Shown piece by piece: positions 19,515 to 27,775 of a stretch of 64,000 nt of DNA (the stretch's first letter is position 1; the number at the start of each line of letters is the position of its first letter). The notes beneath the pieces were generated by a model. It was not told the origin of the DNA. It did not search any database and saw only the letters and a list, made by a program, of their open reading frames with translations. Position numbers and translations under genes: made by a program. The stretch is from a virus. Its lineage: Duplodnaviria > Caudoviricetes. Location: IMG/VR virus record IMGVR_UViG_3300034410_000463, positions 19,334 through 83,333 of that record; one strand, given 5' to 3'.

Positions 19515-19670
19515 TTAGGTTGTACTTGCGATTAAATTAATTAAAGCCATAGCACCAAACATAAACGCAAGTACGACAAATTGTACTATTGAGGCATAAG
19601 CTGCCTGTCTGATTGGATGCATTTCAGCCAGTTTTTCTAAAACAGATTCGTTTTCTATATCCTTATTCAT
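19515..19670 (-). CDS. Small membrane protein (51 aa, below ORF-track cutoff)
   Basis: MNKDIENESVLEKLAEMHPIRQAAYASIVQFVVLAFMFGAMALINLIASTT; GGGAGA RBS. Confidence 0.6.
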   Translation of the reverse strand: MNKDIENESVLEKLAEMHPIRQAAYASIVQFVVLAFMFGAMALINLIASTT

Positions 19671-19755
19671 ATATCTCCCTAGTTAATGACACAAATCTTC
19701 ATACATGCCAGAATACTTACGGTGATGGCTCTGATCTCCATCATGTATTTTAATG

Positions 19756-20181
19756 TTATAGTTCCCCAGCTTCTCTAAGTTGGGCCCTGATTTTCGTTGC
19801 CGAAATTTCGTGAATGTCTGACCCAAGGTCATGTTCTGTAAATGTGTAGCCGACACCGCGACCATAGCTGATATCCACAATATTAGGAACGCAGATAATA
19901 ATATATTCATATCCATTTTCATATCCTTCTTTTCGTAATCCATTCTCGATTGCTTCAACTACTTGAATCTCGCCAAACGGATTATCATCTTGTGTTTGGG
20001 TTCTTCCGCCACCGGCATCTTTGTCAACTATACCGCCTACGTCTCGAACCATTATAGCAACTTGTCCAGTGACTTCTAAGGCACGTTTGAACAGTGCTGT
20101 ATGGCCATCATGCCAAGGTTGCCAACGCCCGAGCATTTGAGCTGTGGGCTTCTGATAATCAAAAAACTCTTTTTCTATCAT
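19756..20181 (-). CDS. HxGH nucleotidyltransferase (cytidylyltransferase/NMNAT superfamily)
   Basis: GRWQPWHDGH and ISATKIR motifs. Confidence 0.8.
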   Translation of the reverse strand: MIEKEFFDYQKPTAQMLGRWQPWHDGHTALFKRALEVTGQVAIMVRDVGGIVDKDAGGGRTQTQDDNPFGEIQVVEAIENGLRKEGYENGYEYIIICVPNIVDISYGRGVGYTFTEHDLGSDIHEISATKIRAQLREAGEL

Positions 20182-20182
20182 T

Positions 20183-20401
20183 TTATCTCCTATTTAAACC
20201 AATTCTAATATACTTATACCACAATCTTTCATGGCCGTAGTACAAAACAAATTTAATAACGAGATCTGCTAGAAATACCATGCCAACCGCTTTCGGTGGT
20301 AAGCCAAAATACCAAGCAATAATTGCTGTGGTTATACTAGCTATTATACGCCATGTTACGGCTTTTGTCAAATGTCGAATCTTACTTACTGACTCTGTCA
20401 T
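20183..20401 (-). CDS. DUF2061 small membrane protein
   Basis: KAVTWRIIAS...KFVLYYGHERLW. Confidence 0.8.
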   Translation of the reverse strand: MTESVSKIRHLTKAVTWRIIASITTAIIAWYFGLPPKAVGMVFLADLVIKFVLYYGHERLWYKYIRIGLNRR

Positions 20402-20850
20402 TTTTCAATGTTCAAAGTAAACGCAAGCTGCGGGTTTCGCTTCATGAACGTGGCGACAACTAGCATTAAAGTTGAGGGTGTATCTTCAAACCATTCGGAT
20501 ACATGATAATCAACTTTTTCTGGTGGCACAAACATTTTATTTGTATCTTCAAATCGGCCTTCTTCTATCGTATCCATCCAAACAGTAAAGTCTGGATCAA
20601 AGGCTTCTCGAGCTGCTTCAGTAGGACATACAAAATCAGTAACAACAATCTTACCTGCTAATGCTGCACCATCACTTAAGTGGCGCATACGATTTGCTTG
20701 TCTCATACGACCTTCAGGACTAAAGTCCCAATCATCGTAATGCTTACGAACTTGATCTGCATTAATATGAACTGCATCAAGAAGTCCAGCCAGTGGTTTT
20801 GCTAAAGTAGTTTTCCCACTACCTGGCAAACCAAAAATCAATATTTTCAC
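20398..20850 (-). CDS. cysC: Adenylylsulfate (APS) kinase-like P-loop kinase
   Basis: GLPGSGKTT, NADQVR, DFSPEGR, DFVCPT; GTG start. Confidence 0.72.
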   Translation of the reverse strand: MKILIFGLPGSGKTTLAKPLAGLLDAVHINADQVRKHYDDWDFSPEGRMRQANRMRHLSDGAALAGKIVVTDFVCPTEAAREAFDPDFTVWMDTIEEGRFEDTNKMFVPPEKVDYHVSEWFEDTPSTLMLVVATFMKRNPQLAFTLNIEK

Positions 20851-20877
20851 TCAACATTCTCCTTTATAAGTTGGTGT

Positions 20878-20901
20878 AAAAAAGGGAGCCCGAAGGCTCC
20901 C
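20878..20901 (-). terminator. Intrinsic terminator with cUUCGg tetraloop
   Basis: GGGAGCC-TTCG-GGCTCCC-TTTTTT on minus strand. Confidence 0.9.
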
Positions 20902-20914
20902 AATAGAGGGGGAA

Positions 20915-21871
20915 TTAAGCAGCTTCTGCCATCTCAATTGCAATGTCCAATGCTTTAACTTTACGATTTGCATTGCCACCAAACCATGCTGACGCCATAC
21001 GAGTATCCGCTGAACGACATAGCTTGTGATCTGCCATGTATGTTACTGCGTTGTATGCATTCCACCATGAGCCTGGACGGAAGTGATCACCTGGTTGGTT
21101 CTCAACATATTGCATGGCTTGCTCAGCAGTTCGTGATAATGTCTTATCTTCACGAGAAGACTCACCAAAGACTTTAGCCATGAAACGTTCAAGTGCTTGT
21201 TGATCCTTGTATTGCTTAGAGCCAAGGAACTCAGCAGCTTCTTTGAATTTCTCAACTTTATTGTGAGATAAACCAAGTGCTTCTTTAACAATGTCGGCAT
21301 TGAATTTAGAACGGTGATTGATTCGAATCGATGGCTGATTTTTCTCGCTAAGAGCTACTGCCAAAGTATTGTTACAAACAACTCGTTCCATTACAAACTT
21401 AACATCAATTGCTTTACCGTACTGGTGTGGATTAGAGAAAAGCATATAACCTTTCACTTCATCACCATTGAACAATGAGAAGCCGTCTTTAACGTCAGCC
21501 AATGCCCATACGATTTGTCCATCTTTAAGAGATCCAGCGGTATCCATTACCATGTCGCCTGCTTTTACGAAGTCTGTAAAGAAGTCGAAAGCTTCAGAGT
21601 TTTGTACTGGATTCCAGCCTTTACCCACCTGTGTCAACACTTTAGAATCGGTAGAACGTACCAACGCTTGCTGACCTGTTGGAAGTGTGTCACCCTTGTG
21701 ACGGAATAGAGTATCGATCTTTTCAACTTCCCAGTCAAGTCCTGCAGCAACCTGCATTTCTCGTGGAGTCATGTCGTCCGATACCGGAGTACCAAGGCCA
21801 TGCCAAGGTAGGCCATTGGATTCGCGATATGCCATTTGGGCTACGCCATTTATCATTTCAAGTTCATGCAT
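20915..21871 (-). CDS. DUF932/DUF945 family phage protein
   Basis: PWHGLG, AGLDWEV, VQNSEAFDFF, TAGSLKDG, RVVCNNTL. Confidence 0.82.
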   Translation of the reverse strand: MHELEMINGVAQMAYRESNGLPWHGLGTPVSDDMTPREMQVAAGLDWEVEKIDTLFRHKGDTLPTGQQALVRSTDSKVLTQVGKGWNPVQNSEAFDFFTDFVKAGDMVMDTAGSLKDGQIVWALADVKDGFSLFNGDEVKGYMLFSNPHQYGKAIDVKFVMERVVCNNTLAVALSEKNQPSIRINHRSKFNADIVKEALGLSHNKVEKFKEAAEFLGSKQYKDQQALERFMAKVFGESSREDKTLSRTAEQAMQYVENQPGDHFRPGSWWNAYNAVTYMADHKLCRSADTRMASAWFGGNANRKVKALDIAIEMAEAA

Positions 21872-21906
21872 AATATAGTTTCCTTAGTTTTTCATTTGAT
21901 AAGATA

Positions 21907-21935
21907 ATAATATATCGTTTAAGAACGAATGTCAA
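21907..21935 (-). promoter_or_regulatory. sigma70 early promoter
   Basis: TTGACA-N17-TATTAT with A-tract. Confidence 0.75.
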
Positions 21936-21944
21936 CTGTTTTTT

Positions 21945-22133
21945 TTAAAAATTTGCAGGTTGACTCATAGGATCTTCAGCATCTAAGATGTCGAATAGAT
22001 CCATTTTTAACTCTGCAAGAGCTCGTTTTACGGCTGGACTGAAAGTGTAAGAAGCAATGCTTTCAACTGAGGCAATCGCACCTTGTGCTTCACTAATCGC
22101 GTCCATCTTTTCTTTAACATTTTCAATTTTCAT
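21945..22133 (-). CDS. Hypothetical early protein
   Basis: ATG 22133 with AAGGA RBS behind promoter. Confidence 0.6.
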   Translation of the reverse strand: MKIENVKEKMDAISEAQGAIASVESIASYTFSPAVKRALAELKMDLFDILDAEDPMSQPANF

Positions 22134-22162
22134 AACTAATCCTTTTATCAATTTACTGTACC

Positions 22163-22191
22163 ATTATATTCGGTTTAAGAACAAATGTCAA
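22163..22191 (-). promoter_or_regulatory. sigma70 early promoter
   Basis: TTGACA-N17-TATAAT. Confidence 0.85.
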
Positions 22192-22222
22192 CTGTTTTTT
22201 TGATTTTATTTGAAGTTTTTTG

Positions 22223-22594
22223 TTAAGCAGCTCGCTGCAAGTAAGTTGCTAAGACTTGGAATCCTGTACCGTCGTAGAGTTTGTTAACGAGCCATTGAGT
22301 TCCATCCCACAAGTAAAGATATTCGGCACCCCAGTTGTCGGCCTTCTCATATGCATCTTTACTGCCGAAGAAATCAGCTGGATCGTCATTTACTGCACTT
22401 TCTTTAGACTCAGAGTATGAGTCACTTAAAGATGAAAGATAACCGCCTTTAGCAACCATGTTAGCTTCAGCATCAGAGTTATAAGAGTCTAACAACGTAG
22501 CTCCAACTCCTTCTAAATAACCATCATAGTGACAATAGCTTGCAGTAACAGTACCATTATCGTTTAAAGTTCCAATCATTGAACGTGTACCCAT
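22223..22594 (-). CDS. Conserved phage early protein
   Basis: MGTRSMIG...YCHYDGY...EYLYLW pattern frequent in phage early genes. Confidence 0.7.
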   Translation of the reverse strand: MGTRSMIGTLNDNGTVTASYCHYDGYLEGVGATLLDSYNSDAEANMVAKGGYLSSLSDSYSESKESAVNDDPADFFGSKDAYEKADNWGAEYLYLWDGTQWLVNKLYDGTGFQVLATYLQRAA

Positions 22595-22629
22595 AACAAA
22601 TTTCCTTCTTTATTTGATTTGATATAGTA

Positions 22630-22658
22630 ATTATATTCGGTTTAAGAACAAATGTCAA
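22630..22658 (-). promoter_or_regulatory. sigma70 early promoter
   Basis: TTGACA-N17-TATAAT. Confidence 0.85.
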
Positions 22659-23100
22659 CTGTTTTTTTCATTTTATTTGATAAAAATTCAAATTTATTTG
22701 GGATATCTAGATCAGGAATTGGATCAAATCCCCAGTGGAGTAGAGCCTGTCGCTGTTTTAAGCGCTTAGAAAGATCGCCATTTCCGTTCTTTTTTACTTG
22801 AGCTCCATGCCTTGCTCCGAAGGACCGCCAGCGTTTAATCTGGTGAGCATCTAGAGCTTCGATTCTACGACCTTGATAGTATCGTAGGTACCACTGGAAC
22901 CATCCCATCGGGTCTTCTGGAGTGATCCAGCCACGCTCTTGCCACACCTCTAGAGGCTGTGAAGCACCCTCCATAAACAAGTTTGTTTTAGTGATTATAG
23001 GCTTGCGATCGAAATCAGGATTAGTATCCAGATAATATGAACCATCAAAGATGCCCAGTTCGAGCATCTCATATGGTGTGAAGGTAGGATTAAACTCCAT
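22642..23100 (-). CDS. Conserved viral hypothetical protein
   Basis: TPYEMLELGIFDG, WQERGWI, DPMGWFQWYLRYYQGRR, HQIKRW, QALLHW. Confidence 0.7.
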   Translation of the reverse strand: MEFNPTFTPYEMLELGIFDGSYYLDTNPDFDRKPIITKTNLFMEGASQPLEVWQERGWITPEDPMGWFQWYLRYYQGRRIEALDAHQIKRWRSFGARHGAQVKKNGNGDLSKRLKQRQALLHWGFDPIPDLDIPNKFEFLSNKMKKTVDICS

Positions 23101-23389
23101 TTGTTACACTGTATCCAAGAGTAAGCTCAACCCATTGTTTGCCGAGATCTTCAGCAAATGCTACAATTAGGTTCTCACGTGGATCAGTGTCCATATATTG
23201 TATATGATCAGAAAGAGCCATATCGTCAGCTTTACGGAAGTACTCTACAGCTTTTCTAAAGTCGGCTTGATCGTCGACATACAGCTCTTTAAGGTTTTCA
23301 CTAGCTCGTTCGATATACCCGTCATATGATTTGATGAGAGTTTCAACGTGTGAAAGTTTTGCGTTGGTCCAAAAGTCTTGAGTTGTCAT
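23090..23389 (-). CDS. Hypothetical early protein
   Basis: GGAG RBS, ATG 23389. Confidence 0.6.
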   Translation of the reverse strand: MTTQDFWTNAKLSHVETLIKSYDGYIERASENLKELYVDDQADFRKAVEYFRKADDMALSDHIQYMDTDPRENLIVAFAEDLGKQWVELTLGYSVTNGV

Positions 23390-23415
23390 ATAAAGCTCCA
23401 TTAATTTATAGTACT

Positions 23416-23444
23416 ATTATACATCATTTGAAAACGAATGTCAA
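23416..23444 (-). promoter_or_regulatory. sigma70 early promoter
   Basis: TTGACA-N17-TATAAT. Confidence 0.82.
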
Positions 23445-23508
23445 CAGTTATTTAGATCAAAAAGTTATAAGAACTTCAATCTTTAGAACTTTTAGTTATA
23501 TGGCTTAT

Positions 23509-23880
23509 TTAGTGAACGATCTCAGATTGCATTGGTAAACAGTCAATCAAATCCCATGCGTATTTTCCATAGCCAGATTTAACGATGTTTACGACGTCAG
23601 CATAAGGACCTTTTGAATTATCAAAGACTGGAGCGATAAATGCTTTTGGGCACCTTCGTTTTAGATATATTCTCCAGTATTCTTCAGCATCTTCCTTATC
23701 AAAAAAGCCAACTGCTTTCGTAATTTCAAATGGATTGTGAGTAGAGAACAGAGCAACCAAGCGCTTGTCCGTTGGGTCTTGATCCATGAACGTCATATCC
23801 TCGTTTTTTGCAGTGCCTAAGAATATTCCTTCTTCTGGATCTATAATAATAAACTTTTCTTGATAGTCATCATTCACCAT
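23509..23880 (-). CDS. Hypothetical protein
   Basis: 123-aa ORF coupled to upstream gene. Confidence 0.6.
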   Translation of the reverse strand: MVNDDYQEKFIIIDPEEGIFLGTAKNEDMTFMDQDPTDKRLVALFSTHNPFEITKAVGFFDKEDAEEYWRIYLKRRCPKAFIAPVFDNSKGPYADVVNIVKSGYGKYAWDLIDCLPMQSEIVH

Positions 23881-24064
23881 GTTTCACCAGCTCTACTTCT
23901 CCATTTTCATCTAGTCTGGTTTTTACGTATCCATCTTCAATAAGACGATCAATTGTGGCTTCAATAAGTTTGTTAATGTCTTGGCGAACTACGTTGGATT
24001 GCATCCATTTTCCCACGTAAGTAAAGATAACTGCCGTAGCTAATAACCATAATTCTGTGTTCAT
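23870..24064 (-). CDS. Small protein with N-terminal hydrophobic segment
   Basis: MNTELWLLATAVIFTYVG; ATGA overlap. Confidence 0.6.
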   Translation of the reverse strand: MNTELWLLATAVIFTYVGKWMQSNVVRQDINKLIEATIDRLIEDGYVKTRLDENGEVELVKHGE

Positions 24065-24633
24065 GCTACTTGCTCTCCTTGATAACCTTCCCACCACGAC
24101 GGTGCCGGTCTACCTTTAACCCACTTTGCAAAATACTTTGATTCGTGGTAGTAGTTACGATATGCTTTTACTGCGTCACCTTTAACGATGCATTGCGGAT
24201 ATTGCGCCATTGCTTGAGCAAATTCAGTTAAGCCAATATCAGGCATATTTGCTGGACACTCTTTAAGGAAGTCCTTAAGCTTTTGATATGTTAGGTGTTG
24301 CTTATTGAAACGATACTCAAACTCACTGCAGAGTGCTAGAAAGTGCTCATAGTGCCAATCATAATTAGCCTTAGAAGCCATAGTCCAAACAGTACAAGGG
24401 TGACCAGCATGTACGGATTTGTACATGATTGCTTCCTTAGCAGAATCTGGGAGCAAGTAATGTTTAACCATTCGCTTACCAGATTTAGAAGGTGCTTGGT
24501 ACTCTTTACCATCAAGAATACGATGGGCCGTGGAAAGCATTTGAGCTGACTCTACGATCATTTTTGGAATGTGTTTGTCGCACATCATTTTTGCTGATTC
24601 GACAGGACATTCGGATAATACAAATACGTTCAT
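24061..24633 (-). CDS. Pyrimidine-dimer DNA glycosylase (DenV-related) family protein
   Basis: CDKHIPKMIVESAQMLSTAH, HAGHPCTVW, AYRNYY. Confidence 0.72.
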   Translation of the reverse strand: MNVFVLSECPVESAKMMCDKHIPKMIVESAQMLSTAHRILDGKEYQAPSKSGKRMVKHYLLPDSAKEAIMYKSVHAGHPCTVWTMASKANYDWHYEHFLALCSEFEYRFNKQHLTYQKLKDFLKECPANMPDIGLTEFAQAMAQYPQCIVKGDAVKAYRNYYHESKYFAKWVKGRPAPSWWEGYQGEQVA

Positions 24634-24848
24634 TACTTCACCCAGTGGTGGTTGTATTTTGAAGGAAGATTTTCACAACTATATGAATCGCCTTCTTCAT
24701 AATTAGATACTGAAACACATTCATTAGCTGAATAACTAACGTAAACATCTGGTAGCATTAGAGTATCCATAGAAACCTTTGCTGCAAACGCTGCACCAGC
24801 GATAACGAGGAACCAAAGAACAATACTAGATTTGTATATGTTTTGCAT
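24633..24848 (-). CDS. Small exported/membrane protein
   Basis: Hydrophobic N-terminus; two Cys. Confidence 0.55.
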   Translation of the reverse strand: MQNIYKSSIVLWFLVIAGAAFAAKVSMDTLMLPDVYVSYSANECVSVSNYEEGDSYSCENLPSKYNHHWVK

Positions 24849-24879
24849 GAGCTTTTCCTTTATTTTAATTTATATATAA

Positions 24880-24908
24880 ATTCTAATTCATTTAAAAATG
24901 AATGTCAA
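24880..24908 (-). promoter_or_regulatory. sigma70 early promoter
   Basis: TTGACA-N17-TAGAAT. Confidence 0.7.
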
Positions 24909-25081
24909 CTGTTATTTTCAATTAAATTGTTTGTTTCAGGATATACGTCGAGAGGGCAATCTTTTTCTTGTTCAAACTTGTTAGCCCAATCAAGATCAGT
25001 CATTGGTTCAGAAGAACCATCGTTGGCCATGCCATCAAATTCCTGTTCAACAGCATCGCCTTTATTTTTTTCATTATCCAT
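24905..25081 (-). CDS. Small acidic protein (58 aa, below ORF-track cutoff)
   Basis: MDNEKNKGDAVEQEFDG...IENNS; stop codon lies inside TTGACA. Confidence 0.55.
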   Translation of the reverse strand: MDNEKNKGDAVEQEFDGMANDGSSEPMTDLDWANKFEQEKDCPLDVYPETNNLIENNS

Positions 25082-25095
25082 AATAGAATCCTTTC

Positions 25096-25317
25096 TTATT
25101 TTGATAGGTAAGCATCGGCAGCTGAATCGAAAGCTTCAGCCAGATCAGCAAGAACAATTCCTGCTTCGTCATGTTTTAAAACATCCATGTAAACGTCAGC
25201 TTCAACAAAATTCCAGTTAATGCTATCGTCAGAATTGCGGTTTTCTTTGGAAGCTACAGCTGCTTCAAAAGACTTATTGAGTGTGGGCATCCAAACGCTA
25301 CGAGATAAAATTTCCAT
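25096..25317 (-). CDS. Hypothetical early protein
   Basis: GGAG RBS behind promoter. Confidence 0.6.
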   Translation of the reverse strand: MEILSRSVWMPTLNKSFEAAVASKENRNSDDSINWNFVEADVYMDVLKHDEAGIVLADLAEAFDSAADAYLSK

Positions 25318-25355
25318 AACCTACTCCAACTTTTATTAATTAATTTCATATAGCT

Positions 25356-25384
25356 ATTATATTTCATTTAAAAACAAATGTCAA
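25356..25384 (-). promoter_or_regulatory. sigma70 early promoter
   Basis: TTGACA-N17-TATAAT. Confidence 0.82.
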
Positions 25385-25629
25385 GGCTTTTTTTGAGTTA
25401 TTTCCATATAATCTGAAAAGAGCTCTGAGTGGTGTGCATGCTCAAAGTAAACAGTATCTTCATAAACACTCGTAAACTTTGTATGCTCCCATTGATACTT
25501 TTCAAAATTTGACTTACAAAAATCTATAGCATTAGATCTCCAGTCAGAATGATGCCTAACTGGGTTTGCGTTCCCAGTAGACATCCACTTCTGTTTGTAT
25601 TCAAAGATTTGAACCGGAGTCATCTTCAT
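25381..25629 (-). CDS. Hypothetical protein
   Basis: 82-aa ORF coupled to upstream gene. Confidence 0.6.
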   Translation of the reverse strand: MKMTPVQIFEYKQKWMSTGNANPVRHHSDWRSNAIDFCKSNFEKYQWEHTKFTSVYEDTVYFEHAHHSELFSDYMEITQKKP

Positions 25630-25961
25630 TATTTCTTACCTTTATATCCAAGAGCTTCCATTGCATAGACCGGAGAACCATTAGTTTCATAACCATACTT
25701 TTCAGAGTAAAATTTGTTTTTATGGTTAGACAGTTCAAGATATTTCTCAACAGTCACGTTCTTCACTAGGAAGTTAACCCACGCTTTCCAAGGCTTATAA
25801 CCATACTTAAAACGAGCGATAAACTCAGGCTTTGGCAAACCAACCCAAGAAGGGTGACAGTTAGGATTAGCCACTTCCATATTAACAGACTCAGTATGCT
25901 TACCACGATACATCAAATACATACCGTCCCAAGTAAAATCGTCTTTATTAAATGCTGTCAT
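25629..25961 (-). CDS. Hypothetical early protein
   Basis: AAGGAG RBS behind promoter. Confidence 0.65.
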   Translation of the reverse strand: MTAFNKDDFTWDGMYLMYRGKHTESVNMEVANPNCHPSWVGLPKPEFIARFKYGYKPWKAWVNFLVKNVTVEKYLELSNHKNKFYSEKYGYETNGSPVYAMEALGYKGKK

Positions 25962-25990
25962 AACAAACTCCTTAATTAATTTATATGTAT

Positions 25991-26019
25991 ATTATATTCA
26001 ATCTAAGAGCGAATGTCAA
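25991..26019 (-). promoter_or_regulatory. sigma70 early promoter
   Basis: TTGACA-N17-TATAAT. Confidence 0.85.
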
Positions 26020-26038
26020 CTGTTTTTTTGATTTAATT

Positions 26039-26227
26039 TCAAGTTTTTTTAGACCATTCTGTTATATAGGACAAAGAAAACATACTAAAAGGGAATAAGA
26101 CAATAAAAACAAACAATACCCAGTTCTCTGCCGCACCGTAGGTGACTCTCTGGTACGATGCGACTGCTATTACAATTGCCCATAAAACTAAAATACCAAC
26201 GTTCTTAACCATCTTTATATGCCTCAT
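26039..26227 (-). CDS. Small two-TM membrane protein
   Basis: Two hydrophobic segments. Confidence 0.55.
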   Translation of the reverse strand: MRHIKMVKNVGILVLWAIVIAVASYQRVTYGAAENWVLFVFIVLFPFSMFSLSYITEWSKKT

Positions 26228-26393
26228 GTTTGCTCATTACATCAGCTGCATCATCCACAGCCGAATATGAATGTTTAATTTCCTCAATGGTGTAAAATTC
26301 ATCATCTCTGATGCTTGTCTTGTATGGCTCAGTGTCTTCTATACGTGTACACATGCATACCATATCACCTTTATTATCACGAACTACAAACAT
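26205..26393 (-). CDS. Hypothetical protein
   Basis: GAGG RBS; ORF in early cluster. Confidence 0.5.
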   Translation of the reverse strand: MFVVRDNKGDMVCMCTRIEDTEPYKTSIRDDEFYTIEEIKHSYSAVDDAADVMSKHEAYKDG

Positions 26394-26394
26394 A

Positions 26395-26649
26395 TTATAC
26401 CTCTAATATTGCGGTTTTAAGAAATTCTTCGTCTAGATCAGTACCAATTATCTCAGTAAGCAAATTTGCTATTACGACATAATCTCTAGATCTAAACACG
26501 TAACACTCTCTTCCAGTATCTGGACCTTCAGCTATCTTAGCAACAGTGCAAGTGCAACCATGTTCTAAAGCTAATTCCTCGATATGAGGATCTGATGATC
26601 CATACGAAGTGGGCATAGAAACCATGTACATTACGACTGTTTCCTCCAC
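26395..26649 (-). CDS. Hypothetical protein
   Basis: ORF in early cluster. Confidence 0.5.
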   Translation of the reverse strand: MEETVVMYMVSMPTSYGSSDPHIEELALEHGCTCTVAKIAEGPDTGRECYVFRSRDYVVIANLLTEIIGTDLDEEFLKTAILEV

Positions 26650-26936
26650 GGCTTTTTAGCACCATCTTGTGGTCTGCCGTCTTGAGCCATTTCGCTTTTA
26701 TACCCGTTGAGTATAAAGTTCAATTTGTATTGATCTATACCACGAGTAGTTTCGATAGCCTTTTTAACAGCGTTCAGTTCAAGGTCACGCTCTGGTCTGT
26801 TAGACTTTTGCTTCTCCTTATGTACCACACCATACAGTTCGTAAAGTTTAGTCATTGATAAAGGTTTAATTAGATTGCGAGCTTCCAAAGCATAATTACG
26901 TTTTTCAGATTCTTCTTGATGTCTCCATTTACTCAT
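26631..26936 (-). CDS. Hypothetical early protein
   Basis: AAGGA RBS behind promoter. Confidence 0.6.
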   Translation of the reverse strand: MSKWRHQEESEKRNYALEARNLIKPLSMTKLYELYGVVHKEKQKSNRPERDLELNAVKKAIETTRGIDQYKLNFILNGYKSEMAQDGRPQDGAKKPWRKQS

Positions 26937-26969
26937 AACTTGATTCCTTAATTAAGTCAATATACTGTC

Positions 26970-26998
26970 ATTATACATCGTTTGAGATCAAATGTCAA
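26970..26998 (-). promoter_or_regulatory. sigma70 early promoter
   Basis: TTGACA-N17-TATAAT. Confidence 0.82.
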
Positions 26999-27667
26999 CT
27001 ATACGTTATACATTTCTTTATATTTTTTTCGAACTGATAAGAAGTGTTCTAAGTAATCAAAAGTATTCACTTTAAAGACTTGTGACTCATGATCGTCAAC
27101 TGCAACTAAAATGACTGCTTGTTTGATTGCAACACCAGTTCTTTCGAGAAAGGCGGCGGCATAGAAGCATGCTTGAATGAAGTAACCTTCAATCCATTCT
27201 TCTTTCTTTGGTTTACGAGAAGTTTTGAAATCGATGATGGATAGAACACCATCATATTCGGCGATACAGTCAACTTGACCTGCCGTTTTGAGTTTGTCAC
27301 TGTATAGGAAAGATTCTTGCATCCATACATTATCTAAACGACCATCTATGATCTTTCTTAAATCATTAAATGTGTTGAGATTGGCAGGCATTTGTTTACC
27401 TTTCCAATCTTCTTCGTTGTTGATATAATCTTCAGCAAGTTTGTGAACTGCAGTACCACGACCAGCTGCTTGGCGAGAGATCTTATTAGCTTCTTCTTCG
27501 CCAACACGTGCTCGCCATGCCATAATACCTTCTTTTGAAAGTATTCCTAAAACTGTTGTGATTGATGGATATGCGTTACCTTCAGGAGTAAAGTATCTAC
27601 GGCCTGCTTCGGTAGTCTTACGTGTTAACGTTGGTAACTCTATGCCGTGATCGACGTGGGTAAACAT
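26999..27667 (-). CDS. PD-(D/E)XK exonuclease
   Basis: YPSITTVL, RGTAVH, AGQVDCI, IIDFKTSRK, YFIQACFYA. Confidence 0.85.
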   Translation of the reverse strand: MFTHVDHGIELPTLTRKTTEAGRRYFTPEGNAYPSITTVLGILSKEGIMAWRARVGEEEANKISRQAAGRGTAVHKLAEDYINNEEDWKGKQMPANLNTFNDLRKIIDGRLDNVWMQESFLYSDKLKTAGQVDCIAEYDGVLSIIDFKTSRKPKKEEWIEGYFIQACFYAAAFLERTGVAIKQAVILVAVDDHESQVFKVNTFDYLEHFLSVRKKYKEMYNV

Positions 27668-27698
27668 AATATAGCCTCATTTTTTTCATATATTACAT

Positions 27699-27727
27699 AT
27701 TATAACAAAAGAGAAACGAAATGTCAA
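27699..27727 (-). promoter_or_regulatory. sigma70 early promoter
   Basis: TTGACA-N17-TATAAT. Confidence 0.82.
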
Positions 27728-27775
27728 CAGTTAATTTTGTTTCATATAATGTACAATGTATAGCTTATGAAACGT

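Larger units (their letters stand above)
22163..22680. repeat. 51-nt direct repeat (22163-22213, 22630-22680; one mismatch) containing the promoter
   Basis: attatattcggtttaagaacaaatgtcaactgttttttt(g/c)attttatttga. Confidence 0.92.

Noticed and set aside
19683-19958. 91-aa minus-strand ORF overlapping the nucleotidyltransferase
   Set aside because: Mostly an alternate frame of a motif-bearing gene; no RBS or recognisable features
26999-27667. Cas4-like nuclease as a sign of a CRISPR system
   Set aside because: Generic PD-(D/E)XK phage exonuclease; no Cas4 Fe-S cysteines, no array, no other cas genes
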